NCBI GenBank assembly: GCA_030141605.1
Contig: JAQGDQ010000333.1
Span: 62,001-126,000, forward strand
Source of the DNA: Tubiluchus corallicola
Lineage: Eukaryota; Animalia; Priapulida
Length of the DNA stretch: 64,000 nucleotides
Direction: 5' to 3'
Made by a program: the position numbers and the translations under genes. Shown here one piece after another: positions 11,113 through 23,109 of this stretch. The notes under the pieces are model-generated. The model saw nothing but the letters and a program-made list of their open reading frames with translations. It was not told the origin of the DNA and searched no databases. The stretch's first letter is position 1, and each line of letters begins with the position of its first letter.

Positions 11113-14100
11113 TTGTTACTACACCATACATTGAGTGATCTATGGACTATGATCAGCCTAAATTTCTTAAATGTTGCAACTATCTCGAAACGATTCTTAT
11201 GACTTTTTGTATATATCTTTGACCATGGTCAATAAATAAATAATAAATAAATAATAATAATAGGCGATGTTGTCCTTGTGGACGACAACCCTCTCCGTGG
11301 ACAATGGCGATACGGGAAAATATTAGAGCTAAAACCTAGTGCTGATGGACATATTCGCTCTGTTTGTGTTTTAGTTAAAAGTACTAAACTAATCAGAAAC
11401 ATAAATCATTTTTATCCTCTAGAGTACATTGATCATAACTTTCATCAATGCAATAACGTAGACTTAACATCTAAAACTTCGCATGACCCTTCTTGTTCTT
11501 CCATGAACAATAATGCTGCTTTATTTGCAGGTGCAAATAAATCAACTGATGATGTCATCAAGTCATATGACACTCCTAGCACCTGTACTTCACGCCCTCA
11601 GAGTCAGTTAGCAAAGAAGGCTTGCCAGTTTTTGCAGCAGATGATTGATGAAGATGTCATCTAACCAAAGGGTGATATATTCCTCATATGGTTCCAGCAG
11701 TTTCTTCACCTCCAAGTACCGTTCATCGTGCGCACATTTTCCATCTAACGGTTTGCTGGTTGTTGGTACTGGCTGGTTCAGCAAGTTTACAGTTTACACT
11801 TTCTTAACTTGATCTAGTACTCAAGTGTTTAGTGGACGACTATGTTCCTGATAAAATACCTTTTGCTGGAGATGTAAATACGTTCTATGAAAGAAGAAAA
11901 TATAAAACAACGCTTACAACAGGAAACTCACAAATATCACCATGTATGCTCGTCGTATTATACACCATTTGTGACCTGTTATTACACTTTTATGCTGATA
12001 ACCCAATTATGCTCATGCATTGTCATTTGATTTGTCTTGTAGATGATTTATTTGATTTGTATGACATAATTTAGTTGATTACTACTATTTTCAATTGGTC
12101 ACATATTTTAATCTCTAGTGGCATCTAGTATTGGAAATAAGAATTTTTGTCTGCACTTTCAGAAATTTTTAGCATCCGCATGATTACTTCTTCCTTTGAT
12201 TTCGGGAAATTGCATATATGTTTCCCAAAGATAAATTTAATTTTGTGTCTATAGAATCACCTCAAAATTCTCTAACATTTTTTCTAATTAATGAATTTTC
12301 CTTTAACTACAGTCTTATAATATAGCCTTGAATGTCAAAGTTAGATTTACCCTTAGAATAGGTCTTTAGGTAGTTTCAGACCATACAAGTGTGCATTGCA
12401 TGAAGCCCACTATTTAGATTAATTTATGAAGGAACAGTTTATATAAGGCCGCTCGACATGAGCAATGAGGACGACTTTCTTAGCTTTCACTAGCTAATAG
12501 AGCAAGTCCCTCTATATAGGCCTATAGTGCTAAATTATAGATAAAATTATGGTGCACTTAACTTGAATTTATGTTATGCCTTATAAGGTGATTATTGTGC
12601 TTTAGTGCATTGTGCTATTTGTGAAATATGCTATTCATGTAATTGGTAATATGTAAGTAAACATTTATAATAGTTAACTAACGCGATATATTTGTGAAAT
12701 TTGTTGTAAGGATCAAACTATAGCTTGTGAAGTATGTATTATCAATGAATTGAATGAATAATTATTTGTTTTGTTGTGGCCACATTTTAATCAAATCAAA
12801 TCGTGCCTTTTTATTGTTGGTTTGTGATCGTTTGAAATAGGAAGTATGAATGACTAAATAAAAATGATTAAACGTTAAAAGTATTGAGACACAAACAATT
12901 AAAGAAATACATATCCAGGTTTACTTTAAAAATGGATAATCGCATAACCCTGTCTTAACGACAATCATAAAAATATTTCTGACAGTTTCAGTCCTGTTAC
13001 AAATAGATAACCAGGTTAACGTACCATATGTTTCTCCCCTGAGCTTTATTAACATAAAAATCATATACAATAAAACAAATTTCCGATAGGACTTTCATAC
13101 AAAATTATATAAGAAATGCACTTGCTCGCCTTTGACAAATTAAAAATTGACTTTTATGAATAAGTTGAAAAAAGCTTTCAGTAACTGCATTGTTGGCAAA
13201 GTTGTGACAACCCTATACAATAGTGTTCAAATTTTATCATACTAATTAAATTTCTACAACTAGGTTTTCTAAGTTAAGTGGAGCAGCGCCAATGAGTTTA
13301 ATTTTGTAGGCTAGCATAGTGGTGCCATCTACTGTCATATTTGTTTATCGAAGGAAGAAACCTGGGACATGAACTTGACAGGTGTGCTTCCTTATTTGGC
13401 AAGTTTGACCACCAATCCTGAGTGATGATAAATAGGAAATTCAAAGCTGCTATTCTTTATAACCTGTTTGATTGGTCAGATTTAGGTGATGAACCAGCCT
13501 TTCCATTTCATGCAGCCACTCAGCTTAGAGCAAACAGGTTTTACCTGAAAACACGAGGCCACAGAGGAGGGTGTGAAAAGTGTGGCTTTGCAATATGGTT
13601 TCTCTACTTGAGTTTTATCAATTCTTGGTTTAAAGGATAATATTGTATTTATTAATCGCATTTCCCCAGAGGAACAATGTACTTCTACAATGGTTATACT
13701 CAGTCTTTGTGATCCTAAGCTGTCCATTATTTAGGAAGCCCCTAGAGACTTTGTTGCATACAGTGAAGGAGACCAGGTCGTGAAATAGACCATTGGTAGT
13801 ACTCAGAGAACTAACCTGTGGAACCTGTAGTCGGTCTTCCTGTCAGTTTTCAGATACTCCGGATTTGATACAGTGCATTCCTCAGTTGATGGAGTTAATG
13901 CCACGCCTGATGTCACCTAATTGTCTGACCATGAAGTTACCGTTTGGAAAGCTTGCAGTGAGACTGTTCCAGTACATGCCGCCGTCGACAGCGATAGTGA
14001 CAAGGTTAAGCTAGCTAGCCAACGTGTGCACAGAGACTCACAATAAGTACAGTTTATGGTGTTTTGTGGTGCATTTCAAAATCCCGGGTAAAATTAACAA

Positions 14101-14133
14101 CAGTAGCTAAACTATAATTCGTAGTATATCTTT

Positions 14134-14329
14134 TGTGCGGGTTTTGTGTTAATAGTACTGCTCGTGCGGAAGTAACGGCAGTGCGTTTTCTTGTTAAGAG
14201 ATGATTACTGTGGGTGCCATCTTGCGTTGCTTTCCATTGTACAAGTATCTTATGTAATCTCATAACATTTACTCATAATAATATTTCCAAGCACCCTAAA
14301 TATGTGTTCTTGTCTTTGGGAATAAAACA
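14134..14329 (+). repeat. 5' LTR (196 bp)
   Basis: TGTGCGGG...AATAAAACA; matches 17845-18035 apart from 2 substitutions and a 5-bp indel. Confidence 0.95.
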
Positions 14330-14342
14330 TGGCGCTGCGAGC
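14330..14342 (+). promoter_or_regulatory. Primer binding site (tRNA-Ser-like)
   Basis: TGGCGCTGCGAGC immediately after the 5' LTR, complementary to a tRNA 3' end ...GCAGCGCCA; tRNA identity is from memory. Confidence 0.7.
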
Positions 14343-15037
14343 TAACAAACGGTGTCAATAAGGGATACTACTTCGACATGGAAGCTAATCTGTTAACGTA
14401 CCTGATGGTAATGCTCCGCCAGCAGTGATACATACTTTCGATTTTCGTACAGCATCTGTCGCACGGCCTGATATGCTGGATCTCAGCATTCCGTTTATGG
14501 AGAACCAAGTGGGATTCTTATTTTGAATTGTCAGGCCTAAGCACAGCTCAAAATCGAACGCAGTACAATGCCTTGATTGTAAATTGCAGTGATGACACGC
14601 TTAAGGTTATTCTTAACCTTGGACTTCCTGATGCAGAAAAGCAAAATGTACCTCGCATATTACACGAAATTGAACGCTGAACAACATTGACAAACCAGTG
14701 CATCAGCCAGTGGCAGTTGATGGTCACCATGTTACTATTGTTGGCACACTTCCGTGCAAAATTATGCTGGAAGATAAATGGTTCGAGGACTTATTCCACA
14801 TTATACCACAAATGACAGGTGCAGTACTGTCATGGAAAGCTACAAAAGCATTGAATTTGGTACCGGCAAACTACACCAGCCACCGAAGTCCCCGATTCCG
14901 GCACCACGAAAATCGGCATTGGCAAAAACATCAGCTGAGGATCTTATGGAGCAATTTCCGACAGTGTTTGATGGCGTCATACGCAAAATGTCAGGTGAAG
15001 AATTCCACATCTCACTGACGACGCCAAACCATTCGCT

Positions 15038-17821
15038 GTGAATGTGCCACGCCGCATCCCGTTTGCTTATCGCGATAAACTCAAGCGTGAACTTGACCGT
15101 TTGCAAGAACAGAACATTATTACTCCAGTAACGGAGCTCACTGAATGGTGCGCACCGATTGTAGTCTCTCCAAAAGAAGATAAAGGGTCTGTTCGTATCT
15201 GCTGTGATTTATCACATTTAAATAAATATGTGAAACATAAGCGCTACTGCTCCCAGACACCAGCCGAAGTGGTGACAGAAATTTCTGCACAAGATGCAAA
15301 CTTTTTCACTGTTAGCGACGCATTAAAAGGGTATCACCAATGCCCGCTCTCTGAAGAAAGCCAGCATCTGACTACATTTATTACACCGTTCGGTCGGTTT
15401 AAATATTTACGTGCTCCATTTGGCATTTCTACTATCTCAGAGCATTATAATCGTCGGATGGATGAAGCTTTTCAAGGACTTAAAGGCTACAAGCGCATTG
15501 TCGACGATTTTGTAATCTACGACAAGGACCAAGCAGAGCATGTCCAACATGTCAAACAATTTCTACAACGCTGTCAGGACCGCTAAATCGCGATAAAGCG
15601 CGAGAAATTTCGATTCAGTTAAACAAAGGTAAAGTTTGCTGGTTTCATCTTATTGAAAGATGGGTACGAAATAGATCCGAGCATGACACGGTCTATTAGA
15701 GATTTTCCTATTCCCAAAAACGTAACTGACTTACGTTCATTTTTTGGTTTAGTCAACCAACTTGGATCATTCATCAACTGCATCGCTGATGTTCTTGCAC
15801 CATTGCGACCTCTCCTTAGCAAAAAGAATGACTTTTTGCGGGATAAATCTCATGACAAAGCTTTTGCTGAAAGCAGAAAGCTGTTGTCAAATTCTCCAGT
15901 ATTATGTTTTTATATGCCAGGTCAACCGCTACAGCTTCATACAGATGCTAGCAAACTCAATGGTATAGGATATGTACTCAGGCAGTATTATCCAGATCGA
16001 ACCTGGAGAGTTATTCAGGCTGGATCAAGATTTTTGACAGACACAGAAAGCCGTTATGCACCCATCGAACTAGAGATTCTTGCTGCTGTTTGGGCAATGT
16101 CAAAGTGCCGCCTGTTTTTGGAAGGTGCTCAAAAGTTCGAATTAGTAGTTGACCATAAACCACTCAAACCTATCCTGGATTCTCACCGTTTGGATGAGAT
16201 CGACAATCCACAGCTGCAAGGTATGAAAATTTAAATTATGCCCTTTAATCTCCGCACAACCTGGTGTGCAGGAGAATTGCACAAGGCAGCAGATGCATTA
16301 TCACGTTCGCCAGTCTCGGCACCTGATGAAACCGATCATGAGAATGACTTGGAAATGATCTCATTTTTGCACATTATTCGTAGTTTGTCATCAGATGAAA
16401 GCAATTTAGATATTCGCATTGAAAACCTCAAACGTGAATGTGCTACTGATCCAGAATATCAAGATCTGATACAATATGTACTAAATGGATTTCCAGAAAA
16501 ACGTTCTGAGCTACCAGTACAATTAAGATCTTATTGGCCAGTTCATGACCGTATAGCCATGGATGATGGACTTCTCGTGGTAGGCTGCCGTTTAATCATA
16601 CCACGCTCTATGCGTCACACAATACTACATGAACTTCACGCTAGCCACCAAGGAAAGGAAAGAACTAAGCAACGGGCCAGAATGGTCGTTTACTGGCCCA
16701 ACATAGACAATGACGTGGAAAATGTGGTCCGTTCATGCCGTGAGTGCCAAGAAGAATTACCGTCTCATTGCAAAGAACCAATGGTCACTCATTTGAAACC
16801 CAAATTTCCTTTTGAATACTTATCCGCTGATCTTGCCACTTATGCTGGTAAAGATTTTCTTATCGCTGTTGACCATCTTTCTGGATGGCCATTCGTATAT
16901 GAACTTAGTACACATGCAGATGCCAGTCGTGTTATAAGTGCAATGCGGAAGAGTTTTTGCCAGACTGCTGTCCCAACTGTTCTGTGGACTGATGGAGGAC
17001 CTCAATTTACTGCTACTAAATTTCGCGACTTTCTCATTCGATGGGGGGTGAGACATCATACTAGTACTCCTCATTATCCTCAGTCCAACGGACGTGCTGC
17101 AGCAGCTGTGAAATCTTTAAAAAAGATTTTGAAGCGATGCTGGAATGCTAAAACACGTCATGTCGATGAAGATAAATGGACGGCAGCTATTTTACAATAC
17201 CGCAATACACCCGCTGCTAATGGGAAGTCGCCTGCCCAAGTATTGTTTGAACACAATGTTCAAGATGTGCTTCCGGCACATCGACGTGTCTTCGCACCAG
17301 AGTGGCAGTGCTCATTCCAGCATGCAGAAGCCAAATCTACTGAGTTGCATGAGTCACTCGCTGAGAGATACAACCGTGATGCAAAGCCTCTCAGTACTTT
17401 AGATGTTGGTGCTCACGTACTCGTGCAAAATCATCAGACGAAGAGATGGGACTTAAGAGGTGTTGTTGTTGAAATCGGTAGACACAGAAAGTACTACATC
17501 AAAATGGATTGCAGTGGACGAGTACTTACGCATAATCGCCGTTTCATTCGCCGCAGGTATCCCGTCCTGCCTCCGGAACACAATGGAGTCATCCACATAT
17601 GCATGATCGACCTATACTTGCGCCATCAAATAATTTACCAAATGATCGCATACCACCCGTGCCAGATGTTTGTGCCCCGCCAGTTCACCGCACGAGATCA
17701 GGACGACCAACACGTCCACCAACAAGATTCATTCAAGAGACATTTTGAATTTATGTTACATAACATACATGTTGCGTATTACCAGATTAAATGTGTGGTG
17801 AAATTTGAATTCCTTAATTAG
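15038..17821 (+). pseudogene. Gypsy pol remnant (RT, RNase H, integrase) in one frame with in-frame stops
   Basis: PRRIP..WCAPIVV..VRICCDLSHLN..DALKGYHQ..TTFITPFGRFKYLRAPFG..IVDD; LHTDAS..YAPIELE..VDHKPL; HASHQG..C..C, VDHLSGW, TDGGPQF, HYPQSNGRA; TAA stops at 15584, 15620 and 16232. Confidence 0.93.
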
Positions 17822-17844
17822 TTCTTAAGGACTTAAGAGGGAGA

Positions 17845-18035
17845 TGTGCGGGTTTTGTGTTAATAGTACTGCTCGTGCGTAAGTAACGGCAGTGCGTTTT
17901 CTTGTTAAGAGATGATTACTGTGGGTGCCATCTTGCGTTGCTTTCCATTGTACAAGTATGTAATCTCATAACATTTACTCATAATAATATTTCCAAGCAA
18001 CCTAAATATGTGTTCTTGTCTTTGGGAATAAAACA
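17845..18035 (+). repeat. 3' LTR (191 bp)
   Basis: Follows the polypurine tract; near-identical to the 5' LTR; followed by the TCTTT TSD. Confidence 0.95.
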
Positions 18036-19879
18036 TCTTTGTTAATTATTTTTCAAATGTGCTTTTCTTATGTTAAATAATATTGAGTTTATAGCTAATT
18101 GGTCGTTTGTCTGTCTATTCTGATAATGTTAGATTCTCGCGTTAAGGAACCTCGTCAGGGTCCCACTGCCTTAGATCAAATAAAACGTGCTGATTCTTTA
18201 AGTATTTATGGTGTGTTAGCACCAGTGTTCTAGTGTTAATCTTGCCATTCTGACATAAACACATTTACAGCATTTTAAGCCAAACAGATTATCACAAAAG
18301 TAACAAAGCATAGTAACACCTGTATGAAATTGGCTAATGCAGAATATTTCAACTTTCTAGACACAACACGCTGATACACTTTGACCTCAAGTCTGCTCAA
18401 TTTTGAGAAAAAACCTTAATTTGTACCTTGGCTGATCAGTTGGTTTCTCCTACAATATCAGCAGAACACTGCACAGCTCGGCTGTAGCTAGCACGTCAGA
18501 AACCGTAAGTGTGACTGAGTTCAACTTGCTACCTATGATCTATGATTTGTCCTTCCTTATACGTTGAAGCACAAGAAAACCCCCAACTTACATAAAGCTT
18601 AAAAAATTTGTCGTGAAATTTTATACCACTTGCAAACTGCCTTTTTACAAATTAGACTGCGTTTGTAATAATAATAATGCTGTATAAAACATGTAAATTT
18701 AAATACCCACGGCAACTGTTAGACGCATCCATTTGGACTATAAGTCATTTGAAACAAGTTTGCATAACATTCTGTAAAGATTGAAAAAAATAATCAGAGC
18801 ATTCGTAGCACACACATCACTAAATAAGTGAAATTTAAAATTATCGTATATCGCCAATAAGTAATAATTTTCTTTTCTAGTTACATAAGTCTTTCAAGCA
18901 GGTAAGCAATGTAATTTTGCATGGAAAGTTTTTTGGGACATAGTTTAACATGTACTTTTCGTCCCCTGATTTTCGTTTGCGTACGTGGCTTAATGTAATG
19001 GCGTCGTGGTGAACAGTGTCACGGGAAGTTTAAAATGAAAAATCCTTTTAACGCGAGTATGATATACGCATAGAAACACTATAAAGTAACATGATTTTTA
19101 AGGCAATTTTTATGGAACCTGCTTTAGGAATTCCCTTTCTTGCTCTTTAAATGGGATAGTGCATTGCGGAATCGTGCAAACAATCCGAAATCTTCAAATT
19201 TTTGCGAAATTTCAACCTGTCAAATTTGTCACTTCGAATATTGCATTTTCTTCCCACGAGGTTTTGAGGCGCTTATTGGACAAAGATGGATTAGATGAAT
19301 AGGATATGTTATGCAACTACCAGATGACAGTCTGTTAAAGTTTTATCTTTCAAAGAAGCACTGCAGTAAGAAAAGTAATGCTGACTTAAATCCAACCAGT
19401 GACCACTGGTCAAGGGGAAAAGGTCAATGAACGTCGGTCAGTTTTTTCTTTAGGTCGCCTCCTAGAGCTTTTGATTTTTTCATTTTTTTTCACAAGTATT
19501 TGCATACTGTGGAGTAGATGTGCACCTGTGGTGTTAAAAAACTGGCAAGTTTTAAATTGTGACCTTTTACACGCTGAGTGCTAAGGACACAACTCACGGG
19601 GTGCACTCTGGCCAAATTTATCTAAGTTACGTGACCCGAGTTGCCATGTCAAAGGTCACGGAGCGGTCAGATCTTCATTTATTTTTCTTTAGGATCCATC
19701 TGCTCCCTATGAGATCACTGACATCACACTGCACAGATTTAAGCAAAATAAACTATTTTATTGAAAACAGTAAAGAAGTTTCATAGCAACACACTCATCA
19801 GCTCAAGGTGGTAATGATACAGCTGGCTTACAACAGGGAAGCCAAGTTTGGGCGGAGGCTAACACTTAAATAGTAATGC

Positions 19880-21100
19880 CTATGTCACAAGTAGGATGTA
19901 ACCAAAGTGACAGAGGGGAGTGTTGGCACAGTTGAAGCCACAGTGCTCTTTTATCCCATAGGTTAGGCGGGGTCAAGTTGTTGGGTGTGGCAGAATATGA
20001 GCGATTTGGAGGGGGAAATTTTTCCGTTAGGAGGCAAAAATCAAAAAAGGGGGTTGGGAACAGAAATGCAACAAATGTATTAAAATAGTCCCTTGTAGCA
20101 TTATCAAATGAAAGGTCTTGATGAAGCGAGTCGAATGGCATAGGTTACATGTGAATCGTTAACATTTGACCCAAGCAGGGGCAAAATAAGGGCCGAAAAG
20201 ACAAATATCTTTAGGTGTTAACCGAAACTACCTTGTAGTATATCAAATTAAAGGTCTCAATGATGAAAACTAAATGATATAAATTCATGCCGAGATTGGT
20301 TGACCTTTGACTCATGGGTGATGGGCTGAACAGTTAGAAGCTGAGATTTCATTGTGCACTTTACTACATGTATTCAAGCAATTCAATAAAAGGAAATAAG
20401 TACTTTCAAAAAAGGCTGTTGTCTCTTTGTTTTTATAGTCTCATAACTATTGTTCGCAAAATCTTCAGTTTCTGATGGCTTGAGTTATCATTGAGTTATT
20501 ATTTATTTATTAAGATTTTGCCATAGCAAAATCTTACTGTTTTTCATACATTTATTTATTTATTAGCAAATCTTACTGTTTCTCCGCCACTTTAACGCTT
20601 AATGACTCGTAAGCCTTGCCAGCTAGGGTCACCTCACCAGCTAGGTTTGGTAGCCCTGGGTGGTGTCGGGTCTTTATTTATTTTTTTAGATTCCATCTGT
20701 TCCCAAAGTTTTTGAGCTAGGGCCACAATACTTGGTATGTCACTAGATAGGGTCGTGGCCTTGCACATTGCAAAATATGGGGCGTGTAGGAAAATATTCC
20801 GTTAGGGGGAAAAACCAAAAAATGTGGGTCGGGAACAGAAGTGCACCGAGCATTGGTACTTTGAAGCATATCAAATGAAAGGTCTCGATGAAGTGGATCG
20901 AATGGCTTAGGTTACAATGAGAATAGCTAATCCTCGAGCCTACTAGGGGGAAAAATCGAAAAATGGGGGTCGGGAAATGAAGTGCACCGAATGTTAAGCA
21001 ATAGTAGTACCTTGCAGCACATCAATTGAAAGGTCTCGATGAGGCCGATGGAACGGCATTGGTTACAATGAGAACAGCTAATCCGCGACCCTGCTATGGG
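19880..21100 (+). mobile_element. Tandem non-autonomous Helentron-like (HINE/DINE-1-type) units with ~150-bp internal subrepeats
   Basis: 3' subTIR GCAAAATCTT (20456-20465) and stem-loop (20473-20490), then 5' AAGATTTTGC-CATA-GCAAAATCTT (20512-20535); motif ATCAAATGAAAGGTCTCGATGA recurs at ~20102, 20241, 20870 and 21021; outer boundaries approximate. Confidence 0.55.
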
Positions 21101-21127
21101 GCAAAAACCTGTCTACATGTCATTTTT

Positions 21128-21340
21128 CGGGTGCATAAATACAAATGCAGTTGTCCTAACCTTCCATCTATCGAAGCGAAACTCCGTTAATAGAAATCTA
21201 TCTGTCTACCCGATGTTTACATTAGGTCGGAAAATTGCATGCACAAAGTTCTGTAGAATTTTAAAAGGCGATACACGTCTGCGAGATGCATACTAATATT
21301 CTGATTAAGAATTTTAACTGGCAAAATTGTTATAGAATTC
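21128..21340 (+). repeat. Dispersed repeat, second copy at ~32498-32730
   Basis: Shared GGTGCATAAATACAA..CGAAGCGAAA..TAGAAATCTATCTG..TTTACATTA.GTCGGAAAA..AAGTTCTGT.GAATTTT. Confidence 0.7.
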
Positions 21341-21811
21341 GTTCTGCATTTTGTAGTGAAAGTAATACGATGTTAGTTGCGTAACTGTAAATATGGGCTT
21401 AACGATAACGCGCTGTTAAAAAATGTTACTGTATGTTCCTGCAACCTGTTATCAAATGCACATTTGCGTGAATGAATGTGATAGTAAAAAGTCACGTGAC
21501 GCTAATTAAATCCAGCCTGTCTGTACCATACTTATGTATGCGATGTCAACACGCATTTGCTCTATTAAAATGCAACAGCAAGATTGATGAAATTTTTTGT
21601 CGTAGAAGTCGAGTCGAAAAGTTTCATCGTCGTAGTAGCGCATGCGCATGTTAATGGCTACAAATTAAAATTTTCCAACAATCTTCCCATGTAAATGGTG
21701 GATATTTATTTGTTTAGTAACATATGGCGTAAAGCATTTGTGAATGTATTATGCACATTTTATTAGATTTTCTTCTATGCACATGCTAGTGTTAAAATAT
21801 TAATAATAAGA

Positions 21812-23109
21812 CTAGCAAAGGCCCCGCAAAATCAAAAATACACGAACATCTCACCTAGTGTTTGTTTACTTACCTAACGCAAAGCCAGCAGCAGCAGTTT
21901 TTACTGAATTAAGGTTATAAGCAGAGTTTAATGGATGACGTCAGAACAATGGCTTTGCGTCAGCAGTTTTCCAAGCGAAAATTGCCGAAAATAGAACATC
22001 TAATTAACTCCTCGATACTCATTTTGATGGATGTGTCCCAACATATAGCCCACATCATCGTGTAGCCCTGTTCTTCCTCTTTCTAAAGAGCCGTATATCT
22101 CCTTCCGAGAGTCCCACCAGGCGCCACTAGAACGTTTTTTCTGCAAGCTGTTTCACCAAAATTTCCAAAAAATCGTGAGTTGGGTCCGGGAAAAAGCCCG
22201 TTGTGGGACGCTGTGGCCCTCTCGCGAATTCTGCCTATGACACCCACCGCTGAATGGGCCATCTATCCATAGCCAGCACTACCCATGACCGATTCTCATT
22301 CTCCAGATCTCAAACGTATAAGTTTTGCAAAAAAATGGCCGATAAATGGCCATTTTTGGAGGTTTTTCGCCCCCCGTTCCATCTGGTGGGCCCGATTTGA
22401 AAAATAAAACCCCAATGGCACGACACTAGATCGAGACCTTTCGTTTGATATATAGATCCCTGAAATGGTGCTGTCGTCCGAGCTGTAAATATATATATTA
22501 TACAGCTTCGAATCTTGTATATATATACCAGCAGAATTAATATATAGACTAGCAAAGGCCCCGCAAGAAATTTTGCGTATAAATACACTCATAATCAAAA
22601 ATACGCGAACATCCTACATAGTCTTCGTTTATAGCGCAAAGCCAGCAGCAGCTTTTACTGAATTAAAGGTATGAGCTTATAGGCAGAGTATAATGGATGA
22701 CGTCTAAACAATGGCTTTGGGTCAGCAGTTTTCCAAGCAAAAATTGCCGAAAATAGAACATCTAATTAATTCGCCGGTACTCCTCTTGGTGGACGTGTAC
22801 TAAAATATAGCCCACATCATCGTGTAGCCCTGTTCTTCCTCCTTCTAAAGAGCTATATATCCCGTTCAGAGAGTCCTACCAGGCACCGCTAGAGAGTTTT
22901 TTCTGCAGGCTGTTTGGCAAAGATTTCGAAAAAATTGAGTCCGGGAAAACGCCCGTTATGGGACGCTGTGGCCCTCTCGCAAATTCTAAATATGCCTACG
23001 GCACCCACCGCTGAATGGGCTATCTATCCATAGCCAGCGCCACCCATGGCCCGTTCCCATTCTCCAGGTGTCAGATGTATAAGTTTTGCAAAAAATGGCC
23101 GAAAAATGG
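21812..23109 (-). mobile_element. Head-to-tail dimer of a non-autonomous Helitron (complete 737-bp unit 21812-22548; 5'-truncated unit 22549-23109)
   Basis: Minus strand: 5' TCTATATATTAAT at 22548; 3' GGGGCCTTTGCTAG ends at 22549 and 21812; CGCAA..TTGCG hairpin ~10 nt before the CTAG at 22549; units align to each other. Confidence 0.8.

Larger units (their letters stand above)
5267..11260 (+). mobile_element. Full-length ~6-kb LINE (ORF1 plus APE-RT ORF2; RTEX/Proto2-like, clade unverified) inserted in the Pao element
   Basis: TAGG duplicated at 5263-5266 and 11261-11264; (TAAA/TAA)n tail at 11231-11260; removing the insert restores the Pao frame cat gta ggc gat gtt gtc (HVGDVVLV). Confidence 0.9.
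1..11872 (+). mobile_element. Decayed BEL/Pao LTR retrotransposon (pol: RT, RNase H/peptidase A17, integrase, DUF5641), split by later insertions; 5' part outside window
   Basis: Pao motifs in broken frames: YYLPHRPVIREDKETTKIRPVFNAS (282-617), HVFSDAS and TLPRLEL..WTDS (~990-1250), RVTAWVIRF (1578), GGRL..HENHLHAGVNQTL (1818-2030), TCSTTRAVHFELV (~2200-2236), GGVYERLKSLVK..EFMINNRP..LTPSHL (4830-5189), VGDVVLV..RGQWRYGKI (11261-11430). Many stops and frameshifts. Confidence 0.92.
14134..18035 (+). mobile_element. Ty3/Gypsy (Mag-like) LTR retrotransposon, 3.9 kb, internally deleted and inactivated
   Basis: Two TG...CA LTRs; TCTTT TSD at 14129-14133 and 18036-18040; PBS TGGCGCTGCGAGC at 14330; PPT AAGAGGGAGA at 17835-17844; RT-RNase H-integrase order. 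Confidence 0.96.

Noticed and set aside
11873-18255. Possible Pao 3' LTR starting TGT at 11873 after a short purine-rich stretch and perhaps ending TGACA at 18255
   Set aside because: The 5' LTR is outside the window, so neither end can be verified
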